Of a stretch of DNA of 58,602 bases, positions 9,058-17,865 are shown one piece after another. A program made the position numbers and the translations under genes. Below the pieces are notes generated by a model. It was not told where the DNA came from, made no database searches, and saw only the letters and a program-made list of their open reading frames with translations. Origin of the DNA: Acidobacteriota bacterium (GTDB lineage: Bacteria; Acidobacteriota; Thermoanaerobaculia; Multivoradales; J023); assembly GCA_029263355.1 (NCBI GenBank), contig JAJCXQ010000425.1, positions 1 through 58,602 on the forward strand. The letters run 5' to 3'. Every line of letters starts with the position of its first letter. Positions within the stretch are counted from its first letter, which is position 1.

Positions 9058-10119
9058 ATGACACAGACGACGACTGGCGATAATTCATACGGCGAAGTTT
9101 CATCCGGCGATAATTCATCCAGCAGTGATTCCGATGGACGACTTGACAGCCTCGCTGGCTGCCGCGTTGCGGTGGTGGGTTACGGCAGTCAAGGCCGAGC
9201 TCAGGCGCTGAATCTGCGGGACAGCGGCGTCAACGTTGTGGTTGGTCTGCGGCGCGGCGGCGCGAGCTGGACACGAGCCGAGAACGATGGCTGGTTGCCG
9301 CTCGACGTTGAGACGGCGGTTTCGGATGCCGACTTGGTGGCGCTGTTGGTGCCGGACATGGCCCAACCCGAACTATTCGAGACTTGCATTCGGCCGCGTC
9401 TGGTCTCCGGCTCCGCCTTGCTGTTCAGCCATGGCTTCAATGTCCATTTCAAGGCCATTGCGCCGCCGTCGGATCTCGACGTTGTGATGGTGGCGCCCAA
9501 GGGGCCGGGCAATCTGGTGCGGGAACAATACGAAATCGGCCGCGGTGTGCCCTGCCTGGTGGCGGTGCACCAAGATGTCAGCGGCCGAGCGTCGGACCTC
9601 GCCCGTAGATATGGTTCGGCGATCGGCGGCGCTCGGGCGGGGCTGCTCGAGACCTCGTTCAAGGAAGAGACCGAGACCGATCTTTTTGGCGAGCAAGCCG
9701 TGCTCTGCGGTGGCGCGACCGAGTTGGTGACCGCCGGCTGGGAGACCTTGGTCGAGGCGGGCTACTCCCCGAAGGTAGCCTACTTCGAATGCCTGCACGA
9801 GCTCAAGCTGATCGTCGACTTGCTATACGAGGGTGGGCTCGAGCGGATGCACCGATTCGTCAGCGATACCGCCAGTTACGGTGATCTTACCCGCGGTCCG
9901 CGGGTGGTCGACGAGGGTGCCCGCCAGCGTATGCGGCAGATCCTGGGCCAGATTCAGGATGGCAGCTTCGCAACCGAATGGCGTGACGAACATGCTGATG
10001 GCGGCGACCGTTACCACGCCCTGAAGCAGGCCCGCTTGGCTCATCCGATCGAAGACGTTGGCCGCAAGCTGCGCTCGCGCCTGGCATGGCTGCGCCAGCC
10101 CGAGGATGCGGCGGCATGA
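9058..10119 (+). CDS. ilvC: Ketol-acid reductoisomerase
   Basis: Motifs GYGSQGRAQALNLRDSG, HGFNVH, VAPKGPG, ETETDLFGEQAVLCGG and AYFECLHELKLIVDL. Confidence 0.97.
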   Translation: MTQTTTGDNSYGEVSSGDNSSSSDSDGRLDSLAGCRVAVVGYGSQGRAQALNLRDSGVNVVVGLRRGGASWTRAENDGWLPLDVETAVSDADLVALLVPDMAQPELFETCIRPRLVSGSALLFSHGFNVHFKAIAPPSDLDVVMVAPKGPGNLVREQYEIGRGVPCLVAVHQDVSGRASDLARRYGSAIGGARAGLLETSFKEETETDLFGEQAVLCGGATELVTAGWETLVEAGYSPKVAYFECLHELKLIVDLLYEGGLERMHRFVSDTASYGDLTRGPRVVDEGARQRMRQILGQIQDGSFATEWRDEHADGGDRYHALKQARLAHPIEDVGRKLRSRLAWLRQPEDAAA

Positions 10120-11843
10120 ACGGCGCTGAGCTGCTGCTGCGCTGCTTGGAAGCCGAAGGTGTGGAGCAGATCTGGGGCTATCCTGGCGGCGCGATCATGC
10201 CGGTTTACGACGCCCTTCTCGACTCACCGATCCGGCACTATCTGACCCGCCACGAGCAGGGCGCAGCCTTCGCTGCTCAAGGTTTCGCACGATCGACCGG
10301 TGATGTTGGGGTGTGTATGGCGACTTCGGGGCCCGGAGCCACCAACCTGGTCACCGGCATCGCCGATGCCTATCTCGACTCGGTGCCGTTGGTGGCGATC
10401 ACCGGCCAGGTGCCGCGCGCCTTGATCGGCACCGACGCGTTCCAGGAAGTTGACATGTTGGGCATCACGCTGCCGATCGTCAAACACAGTTATTTGGTCT
10501 CCGAGCCCGAGAGCCTGCCTCAGGTAGTGCACCAGGCCTTCGCCACCGCCCGCCAGGGGCGTCCCGGGCCGGTGGTGATCGATTTGCCAAAAGACGTCGC
10601 CTTGGCTGAGGTGACAGGCCAGCCGCAGAGACGCCAGGCAAAGACACGTCATCTAAGGACACGCCATCCAAAGACAGGCCATCCAGAAGCACCCCCGTCG
10701 GCAGAGGATCCGGAGCCTCTAGACGCCGCCGTCTTGGCGAAAGCAGCTGAGCTGTTGATGACCAGCCAGCGACCGGTGATTTATGCCGGCGGCGGGGTGG
10801 AGAAAGGTTCCGCCGTCGACGCGCTGCGCAGCTTCGTCGAAATCACGGGGATCCCCGTTGTTCACACCTTACATGGCCTGGGCGGGGTGCCGAGCGAGCA
10901 TCCGTTGTTTCTCGGCATGCTTGGCATGCATGGTACCCGCGCCGCCAACCATGCGGTTCAGGAGTGCGATTTGCTGGTCGCCATCGGCGTCCGCTTCGAT
11001 GACCGCGCTACCGGTAAGTTGAGTGAATTCGCGCCCCAGGCCAGGGTCATCCATCTCGACATCGACGCCGCCGAGCTCGGCAAGCTGCGAGTGCCGCACG
11101 CCGCGGTTCGTGGTGATCTGCGCCTGGCGCTCGGCGCTCTAGGGCGCTCCCTTGCCATCGAGCCTTGGCGCCAGCGCTGCCAGGATTGGATAGACCGTTG
11201 GCAGTGGCGTTACGACGCGCCGTTCGAGGAGGTTTATGCCCCGGGCATGCTGCGGCAGCTTTCCCAGCAGGCGCCGACCGGCTCGTTTGTGGTGTGTGAC
11301 GTGGGCCAGCACCAGATGTGGGTGGCGCAGCATTGGCGATTCGAGCATCCCCGGCAGCACCTCACCAGCGGCGGTCTCGGCACCATGGGGTTCGGCCTGC
11401 CCGCTGCCATCGGGGTCCAGATTGCCCACCCTCGAGCGACGGTGATCAACGTCACCGGTGATGGCTCGATCATGATGAACATTCAGGAGCTGGCGACCAT
11501 CCGACGCTACAACTTGCCGGTCAAGATTGTGGTCTTGGACAACTCTGCCCTCGGCATGGTGCGCCAATGGCAAGAGTGTTTCTTCAGCAACCGCGAGAGC
11601 GAGGTTGATCTTTCGGACAACCCCAACTTCGCCGACGTCGCGCGCGCCTTTGGCATTCCGGGACTCGAGATCGAGCGCACTCAGCAGGTTGATGGAGCGT
11701 TGGAACTGTTGCTCGAATCTCGCGGGCCGATGTTGCTGCACGTCCGCATCGACCGCCAGGCCAATGTCTGGCCGCTGGTCCCAGCCGGCGCCAACAACTC
11801 TCAGATGATCGAAGAATCCCAGGCTGTGACGGCTACCCCATAG
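10116..11843 (+). CDS. ilvG: Acetolactate synthase large subunit (AHAS II-like)
   Basis: Motifs MNGAELL...GYPGGAIMPVYDAL, RHEQGA, GTDAFQE, DVGQHQMW and GDGSIMMNIQEL; followed by a short IlvM-like ACT subunit. Confidence 0.9.
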   Translation: MNGAELLLRCLEAEGVEQIWGYPGGAIMPVYDALLDSPIRHYLTRHEQGAAFAAQGFARSTGDVGVCMATSGPGATNLVTGIADAYLDSVPLVAITGQVPRALIGTDAFQEVDMLGITLPIVKHSYLVSEPESLPQVVHQAFATARQGRPGPVVIDLPKDVALAEVTGQPQRRQAKTRHLRTRHPKTGHPEAPPSAEDPEPLDAAVLAKAAELLMTSQRPVIYAGGGVEKGSAVDALRSFVEITGIPVVHTLHGLGGVPSEHPLFLGMLGMHGTRAANHAVQECDLLVAIGVRFDDRATGKLSEFAPQARVIHLDIDAAELGKLRVPHAAVRGDLRLALGALGRSLAIEPWRQRCQDWIDRWQWRYDAPFEEVYAPGMLRQLSQQAPTGSFVVCDVGQHQMWVAQHWRFEHPRQHLTSGGLGTMGFGLPAAIGVQIAHPRATVINVTGDGSIMMNIQELATIRRYNLPVKIVVLDNSALGMVRQWQECFFSNRESEVDLSDNPNFADVARAFGIPGLEIERTQQVDGALELLLESRGPMLLHVRIDRQANVWPLVPAGANNSQMIEESQAVTATP

Positions 11844-11854
11844 GAGATTTAGAC

Positions 11855-12139
11855 ATGTCCGGACTGCTCACCTTTGACCTTTCCCCCGGCGCCAGCGCCC
11901 TCGAGCGTCTGCTCTCTGTGGTGCGCCGCCGGGGTTTTAACATCGATGCCCTGCAAGCGGTCCGTTCCGGTGACGCCGATCGTGGTCTAGCGGTCGAGCT
12001 CACGGTCTCCGGCGATCGTGACGTCGAAGTGCTGTCGCGCCATCTCTCGAACCTCGGTGACTGCCGAGTGCTCGCGGTGCAGTCCCAGACGTGCGGTGGC
12101 GTGGACCAAGACGCTGGGATCGATCGGAGGACGTCGTGA
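11855..12139 (+). CDS. ilvM: Acetolactate synthase small regulatory subunit (single ACT domain)
   Basis: ALERLLSVVRRRGF motif, 94 aa, located between the AHAS large subunit and ilvE. Confidence 0.8.
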   Translation: MSGLLTFDLSPGASALERLLSVVRRRGFNIDALQAVRSGDADRGLAVELTVSGDRDVEVLSRHLSNLGDCRVLAVQSQTCGGVDQDAGIDRRTS

Positions 12140-13122
12140 GCCTTCAACCGACCGAATCGATTTGGCACAACGGTGCGCTGGTCCCCTGGCAGCAAGCGAC
12201 CGTGCACGTGCTCGCCCATGGCTTGCACTACGGCTCCGCCGTCTTCGAAGGCATCCGCGCTTATTCGACTCCGAACGGCCCGGTGATCTTTCGACTCGAG
12301 GATCACGTCCGACGATGGTTACAGTCCGCCCGTATTTACCGGATACCGATGCCCTTCAGCGCCGCTGAGTTGGAAGCGGCGTGTTGCGAAGTGGTGCGCG
12401 CCAATGGGCTGACCAACGCCTACCTGCGGCCGATCGCCTACCGTGGCCTCGGTGGACTGTCGGTGTCGCCGGTCGACACTCCGGTTGAGGTGGCGATTGC
12501 CGCCATCGAGTGGGGAGCCTACCTCGGGAAGGACGCCCTGAAACATGGTGTTGATGCCGCGTTCTCGTCGTGGATTCGTCCGTCGAGCCAGTCCACGCCG
12601 TTGATGGCCAAGGCCAGTGGTCACTACCTCAACGCCCAGCTGATCGCCGACGAAGCGCGCCGTAACGGTTATGGTGAGGGACTTGCACTCAACGCCCACG
12701 GGCAACTGAGTGAAGGCGCTGGAGAGAACGTGTTCCTGGTCGAAAACGGAGTGCTCGAAACGCCGCCGCAGTCGGCGTCGGTGTTGCGTGGTGTGACCCG
12801 AGACACCGTGATGGTGCTGGCCCGTGACCTTGGACTCGAAGTGACGGAGGAAACCATCGCTCGCGAGCGCGTTTACGTCGCCGACGAGGTGTTCCTGACC
12901 GGCACCGCGGCCGAGATTACTCCGGTCCGCCAGGTTGACGGCATCGCCTTAGGAGAACAGTGTCCAGGTCCCGTCACTTGTGCTCTGCAGAGCGCCTTCT
13001 TCGGACTCTTCGATGGCTCAACGCCTGATCGCCATGGCTGGTTGTGCCCTGTCGGAGCAGAGAGCCCCGAGGCGTCGGCGCCTGATGGTCGAGCGGAGCC
13101 CCGTGTCTGTGCCAGCGTGTAA
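12136..13122 (+). CDS. ilvE: Branched-chain amino acid aminotransferase
   Basis: Motifs HGLHYGSAVFEGIRAY, AKASGHY, EGAGENVF, LRGVTR and FLTGTAAEITP; GGAGG SD before GTG 12136. Confidence 0.96.
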   Translation: MSLQPTESIWHNGALVPWQQATVHVLAHGLHYGSAVFEGIRAYSTPNGPVIFRLEDHVRRWLQSARIYRIPMPFSAAELEAACCEVVRANGLTNAYLRPIAYRGLGGLSVSPVDTPVEVAIAAIEWGAYLGKDALKHGVDAAFSSWIRPSSQSTPLMAKASGHYLNAQLIADEARRNGYGEGLALNAHGQLSEGAGENVFLVENGVLETPPQSASVLRGVTRDTVMVLARDLGLEVTEETIARERVYVADEVFLTGTAAEITPVRQVDGIALGEQCPGPVTCALQSAFFGLFDGSTPDRHGWLCPVGAESPEASAPDGRAEPRVCASV

Positions 13123-13239
13123 TGATAGCTTTCGGAGGTGATGGCCTTTTGGTATTGATAGCTTCGGGGAGGTGATACAAAGACCGTTCGTGCCGGGAAA
13201 CTTTTAGGGTTGTTGCGATTCCAGGGGCTTGTTGCTAGG

Positions 13240-13280
13240 GTCCCCGGCATGAGGTCCCCGGCATGACGTCCCCGGCATGA
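13240..13280 (+). repeat. Three tandem copies of GTCCCCGGCATGA (14-nt period) spanning the acyltransferase start codon
   Basis: Copies at 13240, 13254 and 13268; ATGs at 13249, 13263 and 13277. Confidence 0.9.
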
Positions 13281-15214
13281 AGTATCGGCGCGATATCGAC
13301 GGCCTGAGGGCCTTGGCCGTCCTGCCGATTGTCCTTTATCACGCGAAGTTCTCCACCTTCTCTGGCGGCTTCGTAGGGGTCGATATCTTCTTTGTGATTT
13401 CGGGATTCCTGATTACGTCGATCATTGTTCGGCAGATCGAGAAGCAGGAATTCTCCCTCGTTGGTTTCTACGAACGCCGCGCCCGAAGGATACTACCTGC
13501 ATTGATCGTCGTTCTACTCGCGACGATGGGCGCCGCGGCCTGGCTGCTGATGCCGGATGAGTACATTGACCTTGGACTGTCTGCTCTGGCTGCTGTCCTC
13601 TTTGTGCCGAATATTTTCTACTGGGCTTCAACTGGATATTTTGCTATTGAGGCCGAGGCCACCCCGTTGCTTCATACCTGGTCGCTGGGGTTGGAGGAAC
13701 AGTTTTATCTGCTATACCCGATTCTTCTCGTTCTCTTGTACAAGAAGTTCGGTAAACGTCATGTGATGGCGATACTGTTCAGCCTGGCAGCCGTGTCGTT
13801 TGTTCTCAATGTTTATCTCGTGTCGTTCAAAGCGGCCTTCACCTTCTACATGTTGCCGACACGAGCTTGGCAGTTGTTACTCGGCTCTTTGATGGCTTTT
13901 GAATGGGTGCCCCCTCCAGAGACCAAATTGGGAAGAAATCTAGCTTCGGGCACTGGCTTGCTGTTGATCATTGGCACAATCTTTTTGCTGGATGAGGCGG
14001 CGGTGTTCCCGGGCGTCAATGCGCTGGCGCCATCCCTAGGCGCGGCGCTGATCATCTATGCAGGAATGCGTGATGAAGGTGGTTGGGTGAGTCGAGTCCT
14101 GGCGTCGCCTCTTCCCGTTGCGGTAGGTTTGATTTCGTACTCTTTATACTTGTGGCATTGGCCGGTTGTCGTCTATGTCAACATGCTGGAACCTCCTTGG
14201 TTCAGCGGATATTTAGTGCTAGCGATGTCCTTAGGTCTATCCGTCGTTTCCTACTTCTTGGTTGAGCAACCGTTTCGGAAAAAGCGTCTGGCGCCGAGCG
14301 CGGCTCAGATGTTTGTGGCGGCAGGGGTTGGGGGAGCCCTGGTGGCGCTATTCGCTGTGGGTATTCACTTGTCGAACGGGTTGGCCTTCAGGCTCAGTGA
14401 TGAAGTCAAGAATGCTGCCCGCGAAGAGAACTATCTACACGATGATCGACCGTGCCATTTCATAAAGACCGCAACGATCCTAAACAAAGAATACTGTGTC
14501 TTTGGCGCTGAAGACGTAACCCCACAGTATGCAATTATCGGCGACTCCCATGGCGATGCTCTGAGGCCCGCTCTAGAAAAGGCAGCGGCTGTCGAAGGCG
14601 TCTCGATGATTCAACTGACCAACCCGGGGTGTGAGCCGTTGCGGGGCGTGTTCAAGCCGAAGGCACGGAAGTGCCTCGAGTTCATCGACGCCGCGATAGA
14701 CGCTGTGTTAGAGAATCCGACGATCGAGACCGTGTTCTTGGCCAGCTATTGGAAAGTTCCCTATCATGGCCATAGCTATCGGCACAAAAACTACGTGATT
14801 CTGGACTCTGAATCCGTGCGCTCCACCATCAAAGACAATCCAATGGTTTTTATGCGCGGGCTTGCCCGAACCGTTGACGATTTGTTGGCGGCGGGTAAGC
14901 GAGTTGTGATTTTAGGTGATCCACCTGATCTGGGATTTAATCCCCGGGCAGCGTATGCGAGAAGACTGCACCTTGGGCTGACCTTGCCTCCGAGGTTCGA
15001 AGTTGCGGCCGATCCAGGAATCGGGGAGATTTTGAGGCAGTTCGCGGCCAGTCACCCTTCGGATGGGGTCCGCTATGTCGACCTGGTGGATGCTGTGTGC
15101 CCAGGAGGCGTCTGCAATCCGATCAGGGATAATGAGCTGCTCTATCGGGATGGAGATCATCTCTCGAGGCACGGCGCCGAGCTGCTCTACGGTCTGATCC
15201 TCGACGTCTTGTAG
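13277..15214 (+). CDS. OafA/OatA-like O-acyltransferase (Acyl_transf_3 plus SGNH domain)
   Basis: Motifs YRRDIDGLRALAV, GGFVGVDIFFVISGFLI and HTWSLGLEEQFY; SGNH part has GDSH and DGDHLS. Confidence 0.95.
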   Translation: MKYRRDIDGLRALAVLPIVLYHAKFSTFSGGFVGVDIFFVISGFLITSIIVRQIEKQEFSLVGFYERRARRILPALIVVLLATMGAAAWLLMPDEYIDLGLSALAAVLFVPNIFYWASTGYFAIEAEATPLLHTWSLGLEEQFYLLYPILLVLLYKKFGKRHVMAILFSLAAVSFVLNVYLVSFKAAFTFYMLPTRAWQLLLGSLMAFEWVPPPETKLGRNLASGTGLLLIIGTIFLLDEAAVFPGVNALAPSLGAALIIYAGMRDEGGWVSRVLASPLPVAVGLISYSLYLWHWPVVVYVNMLEPPWFSGYLVLAMSLGLSVVSYFLVEQPFRKKRLAPSAAQMFVAAGVGGALVALFAVGIHLSNGLAFRLSDEVKNAAREENYLHDDRPCHFIKTATILNKEYCVFGAEDVTPQYAIIGDSHGDALRPALEKAAAVEGVSMIQLTNPGCEPLRGVFKPKARKCLEFIDAAIDAVLENPTIETVFLASYWKVPYHGHSYRHKNYVILDSESVRSTIKDNPMVFMRGLARTVDDLLAAGKRVVILGDPPDLGFNPRAAYARRLHLGLTLPPRFEVAADPGIGEILRQFAASHPSDGVRYVDLVDAVCPGGVCNPIRDNELLYRDGDHLSRHGAELLYGLILDVL

Positions 15215-15362
15215 TCTAGGATCCCTCGGTCGTCCTAGGGCCGGTAGGACCTGTGCCATAGGACCCATGATATCGTCCGCGTCGCGTCGGCTTTTCGAGA
15301 TGGCTGGCGTTAGATGATTCGTGACCTTCGACCTCTCCCGACAGGAGCACAGGCTGGCCGAT

Positions 15363-15863
15363 ATGGATGATCCCTACAAACCTCCCCAAGCATCGCTGGG
15401 GATGGAGCACGATGGTGAAGTTGAGCTGGCGCCGCTCTCAGCCCGTTTCTGGGGCGCGATGGTCGACGGCCTGTTTGGTCTAGGTTCGGCCCTAGCGCTC
15501 TATGGGTCGTTGGACATCTGGGATCAGATTGTCGCTGGGACGGTGCCCACCATGGTGCTGGTGCAAGTTGGAGTTCTCGGCCTCTTGTTTTTCTGTTTGA
15601 TTCACGGCTACACCCTGGCGACCCGTGGGCAGACTTTGGGCAAGGTGCTGGCACAGACGCAGATTGTCTCGATCGAGGACAACTCGCTGTTGCCGGTTTG
15701 GAAGATCCTACTCTTGAGGTACGCGCCGATCACCGTGGTGACGATGATTCCGATCATCGGAAACTTCGCGACACTGATCGACATCATCTACATTCTCCGG
15801 GATGATCGACGCTGTATTCACGATCACATCGCAGGCACCAAGGTAATTCGTTACGTCGGCTGA
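15363..15863 (+). CDS. RDD family membrane protein
   Basis: DPYKPPQ N-terminus, RFWGAMVD, GQTLGK and RCIHDHIAGTKV; alternative GTG start at 15321. Confidence 0.9.
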   Translation: MDDPYKPPQASLGMEHDGEVELAPLSARFWGAMVDGLFGLGSALALYGSLDIWDQIVAGTVPTMVLVQVGVLGLLFFCLIHGYTLATRGQTLGKVLAQTQIVSIEDNSLLPVWKILLLRYAPITVVTMIPIIGNFATLIDIIYILRDDRRCIHDHIAGTKVIRYVG

Positions 15864-15876
15864 GCCGGCTCTCCGC

Positions 15877-17610
15877 TTACAGCGTGAGATTGAAGCGTCT
15901 CGAGATGAGGTTGCCCGACGTTGGGTCGTGGAGCGAAATCAGCAGTTGGTGAGGACGCTTTCGCAGCTTGAGCATGACCTCGAGATTAGCGACATCAACG
16001 TCATCCGCTGAGTCGCCGCGTAGCTCGAGGGGAATGACCGGGATGTCGGCTTTGTTGCCGCGATCATCGGTGGCCGCGACCCGTAACTCGAGGAGGGCGC
16101 CGAAGCCGCCCTGGATCGGCAGCAGAGTGACCTCTTCGAGGGGCACCGACAGCTTCAGGGGCACAATCACCTTGCGGTAGCCACTTTTCTCGGGCTCGCC
16201 GGTGGAGATCTCGAGGCGGGCGGTCTCGCCGGGGATCGGCAGGTTGAAGGTCTGGGCGCTCTCGATCAACATCGACACTTCGGTTTGACGCGACAGATCC
16301 GAGAAGCTGTTGCGAGCGCGGACTTTGAGGCCTTTGCGCTCGACGTCGACCTTGACGCGATGGCGTCGATCGTTTTCTTGCCACGTTGGGGTGAACCCGA
16401 TCCAGTAGTAGGAGCGGGTGTCCTCAGCCACCCGTTGCAGAGCGTTGAAGCTGGCGCCGTCGATCAATGCCCGGCCACCGGTCTCCTCAGCCAGGTGAAG
16501 CAGCGTGCTTTCTTCGACGAATTCCTGGTTACGACCGAAGTTGGCGGCAAAGTTGGATTGGTTCAGGGTTGCGTATTGGGCGCCCCCGAAGTGACTCTCA
16601 ATACCTTTGACGTCCACCGGGTAAAGGGTGTAGCCGAGACGATTGGCGGTGTCGATTAGCGAGCGCAACACCGACCGATCGGTGCCGCCGTCGCTGTAGT
16701 TGACGGCCGAGGAGAAGCCACCGCCGGACGAGGTTGGCCAGCCACCGGAGAGCAGCATCATGACTTTGCGTCCCTGCGGTTTGGCGAAGGCGCGCAAGAC
16801 CGAGTTGGCGGCTTCCACCACTTTTGCGGTGTCGTTAAAGGTCTTGGAGCCGCGTCGCGCGATGGAATGGAGGTCAGGAAACCCCGAGCCGTAGCGGTTG
16901 TAGAACGGATCGCGGTCAAAGAAGAAGTCGCCGGAGCGGCGGCTGGAAAAGGCGTACCGTCCGAGATCATAGCCCCGCGCAGCTCGGCGGTGGAGGCCGT
17001 AGGTCGGTCGCGTCTTGGCAGCCTCGAGCACGCGAGCCAGGGCGGGTTGCGACGAACTCCAACTCGACAGCATCTCGAGCTGCCGGCCGTTGTAGGCGAC
17101 AATCGCCATATGGTCTAGAGGCCCCAGGTGGGGGAGCTGCTCCTTCAGGTTGCGCAGCACGCGGTTGCGATGGCTGCGCAGGCTGAACGCCTCGTCGATG
17201 AACACCAGGTAACGCGTACCGACGGTTTCGCCCGGGGCTAGAGCCGGGATCGTGGAAGCGTCAGCGAGGGTTGTTCCCGAGGTGGCTTGTCCGCCCTGGA
17301 CCTCGGTGAAGTACTCGATCGGAATCTCCTGACCGTCGACCCGGACGCGGAAGTCCTCGGCTTGTAAGCCATGGACACGGTCTTTGCCCTCGGTCACCAC
17401 CACTTCGAGGTTGATGACGCGGACGTCGATGATTTCGCCAAAGGCGGGGTCTTCGGACTCATTCGTTTGAGCGAAGGCCACCGGTGCGCAGAATAAGAGA
17501 AGAGCCAGGCAACAAAGGATGTTGCGACTGTGTTTCATGTTTCGGCTGTGTTTCATGTCGCGGCTGTGTTTCATGATGAGACTATGTTTCATCTCGGGGC
17601 TCTGCCTCAT
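15877..17610 (-). CDS. Secreted VWA-domain protein (acidobacterial VWFA type)
   Basis: Signal peptide, FGEIIDVRVINLEVVVT, GRKVMMLLSGG, LYPVD, LAEETGG and SYYWIGF. Confidence 0.85.
   Translation of the reverse strand: MRQSPEMKHSLIMKHSRDMKHSRNMKHSRNILCCLALLLFCAPVAFAQTNESEDPAFGEIIDVRVINLEVVVTEGKDRVHGLQAEDFRVRVDGQEIPIEYFTEVQGGQATSGTTLADASTIPALAPGETVGTRYLVFIDEAFSLRSHRNRVLRNLKEQLPHLGPLDHMAIVAYNGRQLEMLSSWSSSQPALARVLEAAKTRPTYGLHRRAARGYDLGRYAFSSRRSGDFFFDRDPFYNRYGSGFPDLHSIARRGSKTFNDTAKVVEAANSVLRAFAKPQGRKVMMLLSGGWPTSSGGGFSSAVNYSDGGTDRSVLRSLIDTANRLGYTLYPVDVKGIESHFGGAQYATLNQSNFAANFGRNQEFVEESTLLHLAEETGGRALIDGASFNALQRVAEDTRSYYWIGFTPTWQENDRRHRVKVDVERKGLKVRARNSFSDLSRQTEVSMLIESAQTFNLPIPGETARLEISTGEPEKSGYRKVIVPLKLSVPLEEVTLLPIQGGFGALLELRVAATDDRGNKADIPVIPLELRGDSADDVDVANLEVMLKLRKRPHQLLISLHDPTSGNLISRRFNLTL
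17521..17610 (-). repeat. 18-nt tandem repeat giving five in-frame ATGs (MKHSxx units) at the VWA protein N-terminus
   Basis: MRQSPE-MKHSLI-MKHSRD-MKHSRN-MKHSRN; ATGs at 17610, 17592, 17574, 17556 and 17538. Confidence 0.9.
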
Positions 17611-17865
17611 GGGGGACTCCCGGAAATAGGCTGGATGTGTGTGCTGATGCTATCGGTGGCGGTTTCCTGTCGTCGAAAGTAACAACAGCAATTGCTGTGC
17701 CAGCATATACCCTGCTAAATGCAGAGGAATGGGCTTCGCCTGGCCGTTGGAGGTGTTAAGGGCGTCCGCTCGAGAGGACGATCCTCCAACGTTCTTCGAT
17801 GTCGGACTTCTCGGGGATCTGTCGACTACACGACTAGACACCCCACTGAGAAAAGGAGTCCGACC

